The position numbers and the translations under genes were made by a program. The notes beneath the pieces were generated by a model that worked only from the letters and a program-made list of their open reading frames with translations, did not search any database and had not been told where the DNA came from. This document shows positions 8,812-18,944 of a DNA stretch of 64,000 nucleotides, piece after piece. Numbering within the stretch: position 1 is the first letter of the stretch; each line of letters opens with the position of its first letter. The stretch comes from Candidatus Vogelbacteria bacterium RIFOXYD1_FULL_44_32. GTDB taxonomy: Bacteria > Patescibacteriota > Minisyncoccia > Phycocordibacterales > XYD1-FULL-46-19. The stretch lies in contig MHTJ01000004.1 of NCBI GenBank assembly GCA_001823065.1, positions 37,839 through 101,838 on the forward strand, written 5' to 3'.

Positions 8812-10956
8812 ATGAAGAAGAGTCTGTCGTCGCTGGCCACCCTGGTGGCATTTGTTACAGTTTTGTCGGGTTGTGTCGGGGGGTGTTGCGTGGCTTTCGT
8901 GTCGTGGACAGACGAGTTCACAGATGATGCCGGCCGCATCCTCTTTCCAGTGCAGGTGGACGAAGTCCAGGGTCAAGGTGGCAACACCATGGCCCAGGAG
9001 TCGGCCGAAGTTCGGCTCATGAGGGTCGATTCACAAGGACGTGCCTTTGAGGTGGCGTCCAAAGTGGATGTGACCTTTGGGTCGCTCGGAGATGTTGAGG
9101 CCTACCCGATTTACTCGGGTGCCAAAGGTGCCAAAGATCTCCTGCCGTATGGCTACGTCACTCCTGGTGGCGTGGTCATGCAGAATTTTGGCATCGGCGG
9201 ACACGCCGTGCCGGCGATGTCTGGACAATTCCAGATTGTGAGCTGGGCGAGCGTTGTGCAGGAACACCCAGGTGCCTTTATCGGCGCCGCGTTGGTTTTA
9301 CTAACAGATGTTGAGTTGGTCCGCCCCGATTTTGGCGGACGGCTTTCCGTCTTGTTTACGATCAGCCAGCCTGGGGATTACTTGATTGAGGTTGATGGTT
9401 TTGCCAGCCCGATTTTGGGGGGTAGAGTCATTAGCTTTCTTACTTGCAACTTCTCTTGGACCTCGGAGGTGTTCACCCTGAACCCGCCGGGAATTGAGCC
9501 AGATCGTGATGGCGATGGTGTGCCGGACAGCGAAGATAACTGTCCAGCCACTTGGAATCCTGATCAACAAGATTCCGACCATGACGGTATTGGTGACGCG
9601 TGTGAACGTGACACCGACGGTGACGGCATTTCCGATGATGAGGACAACTGTCCTTTCATCTCCAATCCAAATCAGCTTGATACAGATGGAGATGGTGTTG
9701 GGGATGTTTGTGATAATTCTTCTGGTGAAGGTGAAGGTGAAGGTGAAGGTGAAGGTGAAGGTGAAGGTGAAGGTGAAGGTGAAGGTGAAGGTGAAGGTGA
9801 AGGTGAAGGTGAAGGTGAAGAACTCACGCTCGACTTGTCGATTAAAGAAGGTGGCAACACTTTCGAAGTCGGCGAAGATTTCACGTTGAAGCTTGATATT
9901 GACGGGGCGACAGAGCCTTACAATGTCACATTGCGTGGAACTGGGGCGGAGTTCGTCGCCTTTCGTTTTGAAGACGGTGTCATAACCGTCACGGACCGAA
10001 TCTTGGCCAACGACGTCATCGGCGAGCCAGTGCTTGTTGGTAGCAATATCGAATTGAATTACTTGCCAAAGGTGACGACTGGCGGTGAGTTTGCTTCGAT
10101 TGAGGCCCAGGTAACGGATGCCCAAAGCAACCAAGCCCAGGACTCAGTTGATGTCAAAGTCGTCGTGGCGACCGGTATCGTTCCCAATGTCATCGACCTC
10201 CCTCAACAAGAAGGAGGGGATGATGTCGAAGGAGCCGGTTTTGTAGTTGGTACAATCACGACCCGTTGCAGTGACACCATTGCCGCTGGCCGGATTATCG
10301 ACTACAACCCCAAGGGTGTTCAGCCTTTGGGCACCGCCATTAATCTGGTGGTTTCCACCGGGCCCTGTGGACCGGAGATGACCACCGTGCCCAACGTGGT
10401 TGGTGACTTACTGGTGAATGCGGATGCCGAAATCACTGGTGCCAACCTCGAGGTCGGTAATGTGACGGAAGTCTTCAGTACCGCACCAGTCGGGCAGGTG
10501 ACAATCCAAAGTCCTGTCGGTGGGACGCAAGTGCCCGTCGGTAGTGCGGTGAACCTCACTGTTTCGAAAGGTGAGGAACCGGTGCCTGGGCCATTGGCGC
10601 TAGTTGTTACTTCGGCCGACGAAGATTTTCCCAATAGTTACCAAACTAACGGGACGATGACGTTCAGGGCCAAGATCAACGGCGACGTGCCCGCTCCGTA
10701 TACCGTGCGGTTCCGTGGGTTGCAGAGTGATCAAATTACCGTCACTCTCAATGTCGATGGGTCGGTGACGTTTGTCAGCCGTTCTGGCGGGGCGACGATC
10801 ACCTACGACAGACATCCTTCCGACCCCCGGTCGGTGATGTTTTCCCAGATGATCTTGTTTTCGACGCAGGGTCAGCCAGCTGGTCTCTACTTCCAAGCCG
10901 AGGCAGGCGGGCAAACCGCTGATGTTGGAAACATCTCCGTCGTCGTGACGGATTAG
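8812..10956 (+). CDS. Secreted/surface protein with thrombospondin type-3 Ca-binding repeats, (GE)16 linker and two PASTA domains
   Basis: Signal or lipoprotein-like N-terminus, DxDGDGxxDxxDNCP repeats, VPNV...LVVSTG and VPNVVG...LTVSKG units; AGGAGG upstream. Confidence 0.85.
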   Translation: MKKSLSSLATLVAFVTVLSGCVGGCCVAFVSWTDEFTDDAGRILFPVQVDEVQGQGGNTMAQESAEVRLMRVDSQGRAFEVASKVDVTFGSLGDVEAYPIYSGAKGAKDLLPYGYVTPGGVVMQNFGIGGHAVPAMSGQFQIVSWASVVQEHPGAFIGAALVLLTDVELVRPDFGGRLSVLFTISQPGDYLIEVDGFASPILGGRVISFLTCNFSWTSEVFTLNPPGIEPDRDGDGVPDSEDNCPATWNPDQQDSDHDGIGDACERDTDGDGISDDEDNCPFISNPNQLDTDGDGVGDVCDNSSGEGEGEGEGEGEGEGEGEGEGEGEGEGEGEGEELTLDLSIKEGGNTFEVGEDFTLKLDIDGATEPYNVTLRGTGAEFVAFRFEDGVITVTDRILANDVIGEPVLVGSNIELNYLPKVTTGGEFASIEAQVTDAQSNQAQDSVDVKVVVATGIVPNVIDLPQQEGGDDVEGAGFVVGTITTRCSDTIAAGRIIDYNPKGVQPLGTAINLVVSTGPCGPEMTTVPNVVGDLLVNADAEITGANLEVGNVTEVFSTAPVGQVTIQSPVGGTQVPVGSAVNLTVSKGEEPVPGPLALVVTSADEDFPNSYQTNGTMTFRAKINGDVPAPYTVRFRGLQSDQITVTLNVDGSVTFVSRSGGATITYDRHPSDPRSVMFSQMILFSTQGQPAGLYFQAEAGGQTADVGNISVVVTD
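9724..9819 (+). repeat. Perfect (GGTGAA)16 coding microsatellite
   Basis: 16 identical hexamers encoding Gly-Glu. Confidence 0.97.
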
Positions 10957-10967
10957 TTTCTAATTGC

Positions 10968-11007
10968 ATCCCGAGGAGTTGCGTAAGCGACTCCTCGGGA
11001 TTTTTTT
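10968..11007 (+). terminator. Intrinsic terminator
   Basis: atcccgaggagttgc-GTAA-gcgactcctcgggat followed by a T tract. Confidence 0.8.
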
Positions 11008-11157
11008 GTCTAAAATGAGGTTACCATAACTACTTGCATTATTTTTCCATATGTGGTAGAAATACCCGGGTAAGCATTTACGCCTAAAATCCATTAAAAA
11101 GGGCGCGATTGCCAGTATAAGTCGATTTATTATAAATTTAAGTAAAATAGGCAAATT

Positions 11158-11784
11158 ATGACTATTCGTACTTTCGCAAAAGGAGCTCTTGTAGCAATGC
11201 TTGCTGTTGCGGTCATCGCGCCGTCGCTTGTACTTGCTGCCGCTCTTAATGTTCAGGTTACTACCCCTGCTAATAACGTAGTAGTGGGAGTAAATGAGAA
11301 TGTGTCTTTTGATGTGTCTGCAACCGGTGGGAACCCTGCTTCTTATGGTTACAGCTGGACTTTTGGTGATGGCCAAGGTGCTAACATCAAGAATCCAACT
11401 CACGCATATACATCTACTGGTACAACTACTGCCAGAGTTCAAGTGACTGATATCGCTGGTAATACTGGTGACGCCCAAGTTACCGTTGTTGTTACCGCCG
11501 GTGGTCCTTGCACCCCGCTGATTGTTGAGACTCCAGTTGAGGCCCAACCAAAAGCTACCAATGTTACCAAAGATAGTGCCACTATTGTTTGGACAACTTG
11601 TGAAGCTTCAACCAGCCGGGTTGTATATGACACTGTTTCTCATCCAACCGTAACTGATACTGCTAACCTAGGTTATGCAAACTCAACTACGATTGACAAC
11701 ACCAAAGTTACTACGCACTCGGTAAACTTGACTGGCCTTTCCGCCAACACCAAGTATTACTTCCGTGTTCTTTCGGCTCGCTAA
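11158..11784 (+). CDS. Secreted PKD-domain plus fibronectin type III-like protein
   Basis: Signal peptide; YSWTFGDG...PTHAY (PKD); ATIVWTT...LTGLSANTKYYFRV (FN3). Confidence 0.85.
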   Translation: MTIRTFAKGALVAMLAVAVIAPSLVLAAALNVQVTTPANNVVVGVNENVSFDVSATGGNPASYGYSWTFGDGQGANIKNPTHAYTSTGTTTARVQVTDIAGNTGDAQVTVVVTAGGPCTPLIVETPVEAQPKATNVTKDSATIVWTTCEASTSRVVYDTVSHPTVTDTANLGYANSTTIDNTKVTTHSVNLTGLSANTKYYFRVLSAR

Positions 11785-11816
11785 TTTAGATTAGCTAGTA
11801 GAAAAAAGTAAAAAAG

Positions 11817-11850
11817 AAAACCCCCGCGGCCTACGGCCGCGGGGGTTTTT
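11817..11850. terminator. Bidirectional hairpin terminator / REP-like palindrome
   Basis: aaaacccccgcggcc-TAC-ggccgcgggggtttt. Confidence 0.75.
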
Positions 11851-11885
11851 GGTTACCCCAAACGCTGGTGTTATACTATTAATTC

Positions 11886-12839
11886 ATGCAGGCCAAATTG
11901 CTAAAAAAAATATTTCCCGAACTTAAAACTAAGGTAAAAATTGCTCCTTTTACCGCTTTTGACATTGGTGGAACTGCCCCATTTTGGCTAGAAATCAGAG
12001 ATAAACACAAGCTGGTCGAGGTCATAAAAAAAGCCCAGGCCAACCATTTACCTTATTTTGTCTTTGCGGGCGGGAGCAACCTGGTTTTTCCTGACAAATT
12101 GCCCAAAAAAATTTTCATTTGTTATCGCGCTAAACCTCGTGCGGGAGTTACTCATTTTATTGAGAGTAAGTTGGTTTATGCCGAGGCGGGCTTGCCGCTG
12201 GCGATTTTGGTTGGGGCGACAATTAAAAATGGGTTGGCTGGGTTCGAGGCCTTGTCGGGTATCCCGGGTACAGTTGGTGGAGCAATTTTTGGTAATGCTG
12301 GCGCTTATGGCCAGACTATTAGTGACAAGCTGGTTGAGATAGAAATTTTTGATGGCCAAGATATAAAGTGGGTACCAGTGGCAACTGGTCAGTTTAGTTA
12401 TCGCGCTAGTATCTTTAAGAAAAAAGATTGGCTTATTTTGGGTGGTCGGTGGAGTCTGGCCAAAGGTGAAGCAAAAACTCTTAACCAAAAATCACGAGAA
12501 ATTATAAAAATGCGAAATAAAAAATACGCGCCTGGTATCAAATGTCCTGGTAGCTATTTTAAAAATCTTTTAGCCAGCGATTTGCCTAAAAAGGTGCTCA
12601 AGCAAATTCCAGCGGAAAAAATAATTGGGGGCAAGGTACCAACTGGTTATCTACTAGAGGTGGTGGGGGTCAAGGGTCTTAAGCGGGGGAAAATTATGGT
12701 GCCTGACTATCACGCTAATCTTATTTTAAACACCGGTGGGGGTAAGGCGGTTGATGTCTTGGCGCTCGCTAATATTATGAAGCAAAAGGTCAAAGACCGT
12801 TTTAATATCAAAATTGAAGAAGAAGTTAGGGTGATATAA
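11886..12839 (+). CDS. murB: UDP-N-acetylenolpyruvoylglucosamine reductase
   Basis: GGSN, GIPGTVGGAIFGNAGAYG, GSYFKN, HAN, terminal EEEV. Confidence 0.95.
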   Translation: MQAKLLKKIFPELKTKVKIAPFTAFDIGGTAPFWLEIRDKHKLVEVIKKAQANHLPYFVFAGGSNLVFPDKLPKKIFICYRAKPRAGVTHFIESKLVYAEAGLPLAILVGATIKNGLAGFEALSGIPGTVGGAIFGNAGAYGQTISDKLVEIEIFDGQDIKWVPVATGQFSYRASIFKKKDWLILGGRWSLAKGEAKTLNQKSREIIKMRNKKYAPGIKCPGSYFKNLLASDLPKKVLKQIPAEKIIGGKVPTGYLLEVVGVKGLKRGKIMVPDYHANLILNTGGGKAVDVLALANIMKQKVKDRFNIKIEEEVRVI

Positions 12840-12884
12840 GCCAAATGACAAGCTGGGGTTTTTCGTCTATACTTGGCCTAATAT

Positions 12885-14300
12885 ATGACAGAATCTAAAT
12901 ATACTTTAACTGTGGGTCTCGAAATTCATGTCGAGTTAAAAACCAAAACCAAGATGTTTTGTGCTTGCCATAATGACCCCGACGAGAAAGAACCAAATGT
13001 TAATATTTGCCCGATTTGTACCGCCCAGCCGGGGACTCTGCCGGTTATTAATAAGGAAGCGGTTAAAAGTGTGCTGAGGGTGGGGACCGCCTTGGGCAGT
13101 AATCTGGCTGACTTTACCGAGTTTGACCGTAAAAACTATTTTTACCCGGATATTCCCAAGGCCTATCAGATTAGCCAATACAAATACCCGCTGGTGTCGG
13201 GAGGTTCGTTGCGAGGGGTAGAGATTACCCGGGTGCACCTAGAGGAGGATACGGCGAGTTCTCAACACGACCCGGCCAACGATTTATCAATGGTCAATTT
13301 TAACCGGGCGGGGGTACCGCTAATGGAGCTGGTCACCGAGCCGGTCATGCATAGTGCCAAAGAGGCGGGCGATTTTGCACGTGAATTACAACTCCTTTTA
13401 TCTCCGCTCTATTTAAATGTATCAGAGGCCAATATGGAAAAAGGCGAGATGCGGGTGGAGGCAAACATTTCTATTTCCGCTGACCCAAATACATTAGGTA
13501 CCAAAGTAGAAGTAAAAAATCTCAATTCGTTTCGGACGATGGAAAAAGCCATTGAATATGAATACAAACGCCAAGTGAAAATTTTAGACGAAGGTGGCCA
13601 AGTGGAACAAGAGACGCTAGGTTGGGACGAAAACAAACAAGCAACTTTTTCCCAACGCAAAAAAGAATCTTCGCACGACTATCGCTATTTTCCTGACCCC
13701 GATTTACCAAAACTTTATATTAGTGAAATTGCTGAATTTCAAAATCTAACTGAAACTTTACCGGAGTTGCCGAGTGAAAAAAGGGTTCGTTATGCCAAAG
13801 ACTATGGGGTGAAGAGTGAGGATGTTGAGGTATTTTTGGTGAATCAAAAATATGCCGAAGTTTTTGAAGGAACGGTGGCTAAGGTGGGCAAAGACAAGGC
13901 GCAACTAGTGGCCAATTATCTTACTTCCGACCTGGCTGGTTTACATAAAAATGGAGCCACTCTGGTACCGACAACCGAAGCCATGATTGAATTGATGGAA
14001 TTGATTTCGGCCGGCGAGATTTCTTCCCGCGGGGCGAAAGATATTTTGGCGGTGCTCGCCAAAGACGGTGGCGCCCCGCGGGCCATTGCCGAGACCAAAG
14101 GCCTATTCCAAAAAAGTGATGAGGGGGAAATTCTAAAAATTGTGGAGCAGGTAATTGCGGAAAACGAAACAGTAGTCGCCGATTATAAAGCCGGCAATGA
14201 GAAGTCCCTGCAATTTCTCGTCGGCCAAGGGATGAAGCTGTCGAAGGGCTCGGCTAATCCGGGAGTACTAACTAAAATACTTAAGGATAAATTAACATAA
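12885..14300 (+). CDS. gatB: Asp/Glu-tRNA amidotransferase subunit B
   Basis: GLEIHVEL, FDRKNYFYPD, HLEEDTA, DYRYFPDPDLP. Confidence 0.97.
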   Translation: MTESKYTLTVGLEIHVELKTKTKMFCACHNDPDEKEPNVNICPICTAQPGTLPVINKEAVKSVLRVGTALGSNLADFTEFDRKNYFYPDIPKAYQISQYKYPLVSGGSLRGVEITRVHLEEDTASSQHDPANDLSMVNFNRAGVPLMELVTEPVMHSAKEAGDFARELQLLLSPLYLNVSEANMEKGEMRVEANISISADPNTLGTKVEVKNLNSFRTMEKAIEYEYKRQVKILDEGGQVEQETLGWDENKQATFSQRKKESSHDYRYFPDPDLPKLYISEIAEFQNLTETLPELPSEKRVRYAKDYGVKSEDVEVFLVNQKYAEVFEGTVAKVGKDKAQLVANYLTSDLAGLHKNGATLVPTTEAMIELMELISAGEISSRGAKDILAVLAKDGGAPRAIAETKGLFQKSDEGEILKIVEQVIAENETVVADYKAGNEKSLQFLVGQGMKLSKGSANPGVLTKILKDKLT

Positions 14301-14307
14301 TTTTTTT

Positions 14308-14841
14308 ATGATAATAAAGGAAGAAGGAATAATAAAAGATGGTAAGATTATAGTCCAAATAGGTAAGGGTTTGGGTGCTAGGTCTTTGGAATTTTGCTTT
14401 ACTGATTTTTTTAGTAGTATTAGTTTCCTTAAGGAACAAGAAAAAACCCCAGTCAAATCTGACGGTCTTCGCGCTGGGAGTTGGTTTTTTAAATCAAAAA
14501 TGTATATTGTTTCTGGGCAGACACCATATAGTGATGAAGAGATTAAACTGAGAATTAAACATTTTGTTATTAAAAAGGAAAAAGAACTCACTAAAATTTC
14601 AAAAGAAGTTGAGGCCTTTGAAAATTTTGACCAAGCACGGAGTGCCAGAAGAGGAAGAATTCCAGATGATGTACGATTATTTGTATGGCAAAGGGATGAG
14701 GGTAAGTGTATAAAATGTGGTACAAAAGAAAAATTAGAATTTGATCATATAATACCGGTCGTTGCTGGGGGAGCAAATACACAAAGAAACATTCAACTTT
14801 TGTGCGAATTGTGCAATAGAACTAAAGGTAAAAATATCTAA
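14308..14841 (+). CDS. HNH endonuclease domain protein
   Basis: C-terminal RDEGKCIKCG...EFDHIIP..GG.N...NIQLLCELCNRTKG; AT-rich. Confidence 0.88.
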   Translation: MIIKEEGIIKDGKIIVQIGKGLGARSLEFCFTDFFSSISFLKEQEKTPVKSDGLRAGSWFFKSKMYIVSGQTPYSDEEIKLRIKHFVIKKEKELTKISKEVEAFENFDQARSARRGRIPDDVRLFVWQRDEGKCIKCGTKEKLEFDHIIPVVAGGANTQRNIQLLCELCNRTKGKNI

Positions 14842-14844
14842 TAT

Positions 14845-14976
14845 ATGGCATATCAGACACCCATGTATAATGCTCCAGAAAATAATAAGACATATAACAT
14901 ATTACTTGTAATATTGGGTTTTATAACTATTTTAATCCCGATTGTTTTGTGGATACTTGATAAGTATTTGGTATAA
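14845..14976 (+). CDS. 43-aa single-TM microprotein (not in the ORF track)
   Basis: MAYQTPMYNAPENNKTYNILLVILGFITILIPIVLWILDKYLV; fills the gap between the HNH gene and gap. Confidence 0.55.
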   Translation: MAYQTPMYNAPENNKTYNILLVILGFITILIPIVLWILDKYLV

Positions 14977-14983
14977 TAAATCT

Positions 14984-16003
14984 ATGCGTAAAACTAAAGT
15001 TGCTATCAACGGTTTAGGGCGGATTGGGCGTGCGTTTTTAAAGCTGGCTATCAAAAGACCGGAGATAGAAATAGTGGCGGTCAACGACTTGGGCGAGCTG
15101 GAAAACTTGGCTTATCTTTTAAAGTACGACAGTGCTTATGTCCGGTCGCGCCTAGATATCGATACTGCCGATGCTAATTTAAATATCGGTCCGCACGCGA
15201 TTAAATTTCTGCAAATTAAAGATCCGGCTCAGCTACCGTGGCGCGAGCTAGATATTGATGTCGTGGTCGAAGCAACGGGTGTCTTTGAAAGCTACGCCAA
15301 GTCCAAAGCGCACATTGATGCTGGGGCGCGCAAGGTAGTTATTTCCGCGCCGGTGAAAGACGAGCCACCAGTAGGCATACCCGGGGGCACTGTTTTAATG
15401 GGAGTCAATGATGAAAAATTAGCGAGTTGTCAGATTACCTCCAATGCCTCCTGCACGACCAACTCGGCTAGTCCCCTGATTGCGATTTTAAATGAGAAAA
15501 TTGGGATTGAAAAAGCTTTACTCAATACTGTTCACGGCTACACCGCCAGTCAGTCGCTGGTGGATGCACCCATGAAAGGCGACTGGCGGCGGGGTCGCGC
15601 GGCCGCTCATAATATTGTCCCGTCTTCCACGGGAGCGGCGGTCGCGGTGACCCAGGTGGTAACCGATCTGAAAGACAAGTTTGATGGTATCGCGATGAGG
15701 GTACCAGTCATTACTGGTTCACTAGTGGACATCACCTTTATTGCCAAAAGAAAAACTAGTGTGGAAGAAATAAATAATTTGCTTAAAGCCGGGGCGGAGG
15801 AAGGGCGTTGGCAAGATATTTTTATGGTGACCGAGGAACCTTTGGTTTCCTCAGATATTGCGGGCAATACTCACGCCTCGATTGCTGATCTATCTTTTAC
15901 CCGCGTGGTGGGGGGCAATTTGTGCAAGGTGCTCGCTTGGTATGACAATGAAATGGGGTATGCCAACACTTTAGTCGAGCATGTAATTAAAACGGGAAAA
16001 TAA
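14984..16003 (+). CDS. gap: Glyceraldehyde-3-phosphate dehydrogenase type I
   Basis: INGLGRIGR, NASCTTN, WYDNE. Confidence 0.97.
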   Translation: MRKTKVAINGLGRIGRAFLKLAIKRPEIEIVAVNDLGELENLAYLLKYDSAYVRSRLDIDTADANLNIGPHAIKFLQIKDPAQLPWRELDIDVVVEATGVFESYAKSKAHIDAGARKVVISAPVKDEPPVGIPGGTVLMGVNDEKLASCQITSNASCTTNSASPLIAILNEKIGIEKALLNTVHGYTASQSLVDAPMKGDWRRGRAAAHNIVPSSTGAAVAVTQVVTDLKDKFDGIAMRVPVITGSLVDITFIAKRKTSVEEINNLLKAGAEEGRWQDIFMVTEEPLVSSDIAGNTHASIADLSFTRVVGGNLCKVLAWYDNEMGYANTLVEHVIKTGK

Positions 16004-16527
16004 TGGCAGATTTAATTAATGATATGGAGTTGGGAGTGTCTGAAAATCAAATAGCAAAAACCGTTCTGTTGGCGACTGACCATGCTGGGTTTGAACTAAA
16101 AGAAAAAATCAAAAGTTTTTTGCGGGCCAATAATTTTGTCGTCGAAGATTTGGGTGCTTTTAGTATGGACGAGACCGACGACTATCCGGTGTATGTGCAT
16201 ATGGCGGGGAAAAGGGTTAGTGCCGAACCGGAAAAATATGTGGCCATAATTTTTGGTGGCTCGGGCCAAGGGGAGGCCATTGTGGCCAACCGCTACAAAA
16301 ATGTGCGAGCAGTGGTGTGTTACGAGATTAAAGAAGATATTGTCAAAATTGCGCGCGAGCACAACGATGCCAATGTCTTGTCGCTCGGTTCACGGTTTGG
16401 GCTCGACGAGGACGAGGCCAAAGAGGCGGTGCTCAAGTTTTTGACCACCCCTTTTTCGGGGGATAAGAGGCATATGAGGCGGATTGCCCAAATTGACAGT
16501 GAACCACGGAGTGAAAATTCTTTTTAA
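16003..16527 (+). CDS. rpiB: Ribose-5-phosphate isomerase B
   Basis: DHAG, DDYP, GGSGQG, AREHNDANVL, RH.RRI. Confidence 0.93.
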   Translation: MADLINDMELGVSENQIAKTVLLATDHAGFELKEKIKSFLRANNFVVEDLGAFSMDETDDYPVYVHMAGKRVSAEPEKYVAIIFGGSGQGEAIVANRYKNVRAVVCYEIKEDIVKIAREHNDANVLSLGSRFGLDEDEAKEAVLKFLTTPFSGDKRHMRRIAQIDSEPRSENSF

Positions 16528-16532
16528 ATATT

Positions 16533-17162
16533 ATGATTGAAATCACACCGGCAATTTTATCGAACACTTGGGGCGATATCGCAGATAAAATCAAAGAAAT
16601 TGGTGATGCTACCACTTGGGTGCAGATTGATGTCTGTGATGGTCATTTTGTACCCAATATTACTTGGGGAGCGCCCGATGATTTGGAACTATTGGATGGT
16701 AAAGCTAAGATTGAAATTCATTTAATGGTGGAGCGCCCTGAAGAAGTGGTGGCGGTGTGGATGAATGTCGCCGACCGACTGGTGGTGCATTTGGAAGCGA
16801 CCGAGAAAATTGAAGATTTGGTGGATGCTTTTCAGTCGACCAATGTTAAATTGGGTTTGGCTTTGCTTGTGGAAACACCAATCGATGATGTGGTGCCTTA
16901 TGTCGACAAAATAGATGTGGTGCAACTAATGGGAATAAAAAAGATAGGGTTTCAGGGTGAAAAATTTGACCCTCTAGTGTTGGAAAAAATAAAAGAGCTA
17001 AGGGCCAAGGCCCCAAATACAAAGATTCAAATTGATGGAGGAATAAATCTAGCCACCGGTCGCGACTGTGTCGCGGCCGGCGCCGACACCCTTGTTGTTG
17101 GCTCGACCTTGTGGGAAAGTGGGGATGTGGTGGATATGATTCATAAGTTTAAAGCGTTATAA
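16533..17162 (+). CDS. rpe: Ribulose-phosphate 3-epimerase
   Basis: DVCDGHFVPN, HLMV, IDGGIN, VVGS. Confidence 0.93.
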   Translation: MIEITPAILSNTWGDIADKIKEIGDATTWVQIDVCDGHFVPNITWGAPDDLELLDGKAKIEIHLMVERPEEVVAVWMNVADRLVVHLEATEKIEDLVDAFQSTNVKLGLALLVETPIDDVVPYVDKIDVVQLMGIKKIGFQGEKFDPLVLEKIKELRAKAPNTKIQIDGGINLATGRDCVAAGADTLVVGSTLWESGDVVDMIHKFKAL

Positions 17163-17168
17163 TAAACA

Positions 17169-17275
17169 GAACGCCAGAAGTTAATTTTCATCACACACAT
17201 AATTTTCTGCTGAAAATTTGCTCTGCTCGGGCCGTCGCCCTTGCGCAAGGTTCTGAAAATTAACTTCTGGCGTTC
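17169..17275 (+). repeat. Hairpin element sharing the type-2 core but with different arms
   Basis: Arms gaacgccagaagttaattttca/tgaaaattaacttctggcgttc enclose cacacataattttctgctgaaaatttgctctgctcgggccg-tcgcccttgcgcaagg, as in 8303-8451. Confidence 0.75.
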
Positions 17276-17299
17276 CGTGTAGTTTTAAAACTAAAGGAG

Positions 17300-17399
17300 T
17301 ATCAAAACCTAAATTTGAGAAACTAGGGAGCGCGACGGCGCGAGCTCGAGGAATTTTTTAGCAAAAAAATATCCGTATTCTCAAAATTAGCGTTTTGAT
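17300..17399 (-). repeat. Hairpin element with a core shared with the rpoB leader
   Basis: Minus-strand core tacggata-[hairpin]-ttcctcgagctcgcgccgtcgcgctccctag matches 61692-61747 (+). Confidence 0.7.
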
Positions 17400-17409
17400 G
17401 TGACTCACC

Positions 17410-18279
17410 ATGCAAACCCTCACTGACGACAAGAAAAAATTATTAGCCGAAAAAGCTGGCGACATCCGCCGGTCGGTTATTGAGATGTTGGTGCAAGCGG
17501 GTTCAGGCCACACCGCGGGACCACTGGGGATGGCGGATATTTTTACTGCATTATATTTTCATGTTTTAGAACACGAACCAAGAAACCCCAGCTGGAGCGA
17601 GCGGGACCGGCTGGTGCTGTCCAATGGCCATATTTGTCCGGTGTATTACGCCACTTTGGCGCACGCTGGCTATTTTCCCGTGGAGGAACTGAAAACTTTA
17701 CGTCAGTTTGGGTCACGCTTGCAGGGGCACCCCCACCGCGAATATTTGCCTTATGTGGAGACTAGCTCTGGTCCCTTGGGGTCGGGGCTGTCGCAGGCTT
17801 GTGGTATGGCGCTCGCGGAGAAAATGGATCATGGCCAAAATTCCAACAAATATATTTATTGCCTAATGTCCGACGGCGAGTTGCAAGAAGGCAACACGTG
17901 GGAGGCGGTGCTCTTTGCCGGCAAACAGAAATTTTCTAATCTAATCGTTATTATTGACCGCAACAATATTCAGATTGATGGTTTTACGGAAGACATTATG
18001 CCGCTGGAACCCTTGGCCGAAAAATTTAGCGCATTTAATTGGCATGTCATAGAAATTGATGGTCACAACTTCGACGACATTATCTCGGCGGTGGGCGAGG
18101 GGCAAGCGGTATTTGGCCGGCCGGTGGTGATAATTGCTCACACCACGCCGGGCAAAGGTGTACCGGCTTTTGAGAAAAAGTACGAGTGGCATGGTAAACC
18201 ACCAACCAAAGAGGAGGGGGAGATGGCGTTAAAAGAATTGCGGACATTAGGAGGTAAAATTAAAAGTGAAAATGATTGA
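17410..18279 (+). CDS. tktA: Transketolase, N-terminal (ThDP-binding) subunit
   Basis: GSGH, RDRLVLSNGH, LQGHP, DGELQEG. Confidence 0.93.
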   Translation: MQTLTDDKKKLLAEKAGDIRRSVIEMLVQAGSGHTAGPLGMADIFTALYFHVLEHEPRNPSWSERDRLVLSNGHICPVYYATLAHAGYFPVEELKTLRQFGSRLQGHPHREYLPYVETSSGPLGSGLSQACGMALAEKMDHGQNSNKYIYCLMSDGELQEGNTWEAVLFAGKQKFSNLIVIIDRNNIQIDGFTEDIMPLEPLAEKFSAFNWHVIEIDGHNFDDIISAVGEGQAVFGRPVVIIAHTTPGKGVPAFEKKYEWHGKPPTKEEGEMALKELRTLGGKIKSEND

Positions 18280-18943
18280 TATGGAAAATAACTTTCAACA
18301 TTTTCCACTGACCGAAAAGCTTCACACTGATGTTTTGGAAGAAAAATATGGGCCAGTTAGAGCCGAGGTTTTAAGGCATGATAATGAAATTAGAGAAGTA
18401 CATATTGTTGATGAAAGTGGAGTGTCTAGGACTTATGCCCTTACTTTTTTAACTTTTGATAAAAATAATAAGGAAATAGCTGAAATTGATCAGGAAATAA
18501 AAAATGGAGGACTAATTGGTAAGACTTTTCGTGACCATGGTTATGAAATTAGAAAGAATGTTATTCACGTCTACACTGTGGAATTGCCTGATTGGCTTAA
18601 ATCTAGATTTGAAAATGAATCAAACGAAGCTAAAGCTCGACTGTCGGAATTTTATGCTAAAAAGAAAGATGAATCACCGCTAATTTATGGTATTGTAACT
18701 GAAATATATAGTCCAGATTTTAGAGAACCTGAAATAAATAACATTGATACTAAACAAGATAATCCTTCTACCAACGCTTTTGAGTTGGTGGGTATAACAA
18801 AAGGCGAGATTTGGGACAGGATTGGCGATGGTAATTTGTGGAGCGGTTTGCAAGAAAAATTAGACCGAGCCAAAGAATTGGCGAAAACTGAAGAAAATAA
18901 TTTGGCGGAGCGGGTGGCAAGATATTTAAATAAAGATAATTAA
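18266..18943 (+). CDS. Hypothetical protein between the transketolase halves; possibly chorismate lyase (UbiC/DUF98)-like fold
   Basis: AT-rich 225-aa ORF; pattern LE..YG.V..E.L...REV.I...YA...IG..F...R...E.Y.P; start uncertain (18266/18272/18281). Confidence 0.65.
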   Translation: MKMIDMENNFQHFPLTEKLHTDVLEEKYGPVRAEVLRHDNEIREVHIVDESGVSRTYALTFLTFDKNNKEIAEIDQEIKNGGLIGKTFRDHGYEIRKNVIHVYTVELPDWLKSRFENESNEAKARLSEFYAKKKDESPLIYGIVTEIYSPDFREPEINNIDTKQDNPSTNAFELVGITKGEIWDRIGDGNLWSGLQEKLDRAKELAKTEENNLAERVARYLNKDN

Positions 18944-18944
18944 T

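Noticed and set aside
9301-10134. ORFs with (FT)n, (VK)n and (SP)n runs
   Set aside because: Alternative-frame readings of the (GGTGAA)16 repeat inside the 714-aa gene
10960-11633. Minus-strand 195-aa and 64-aa ORFs
   Set aside because: Antisense to the PKD/FN3 gene; no motifs
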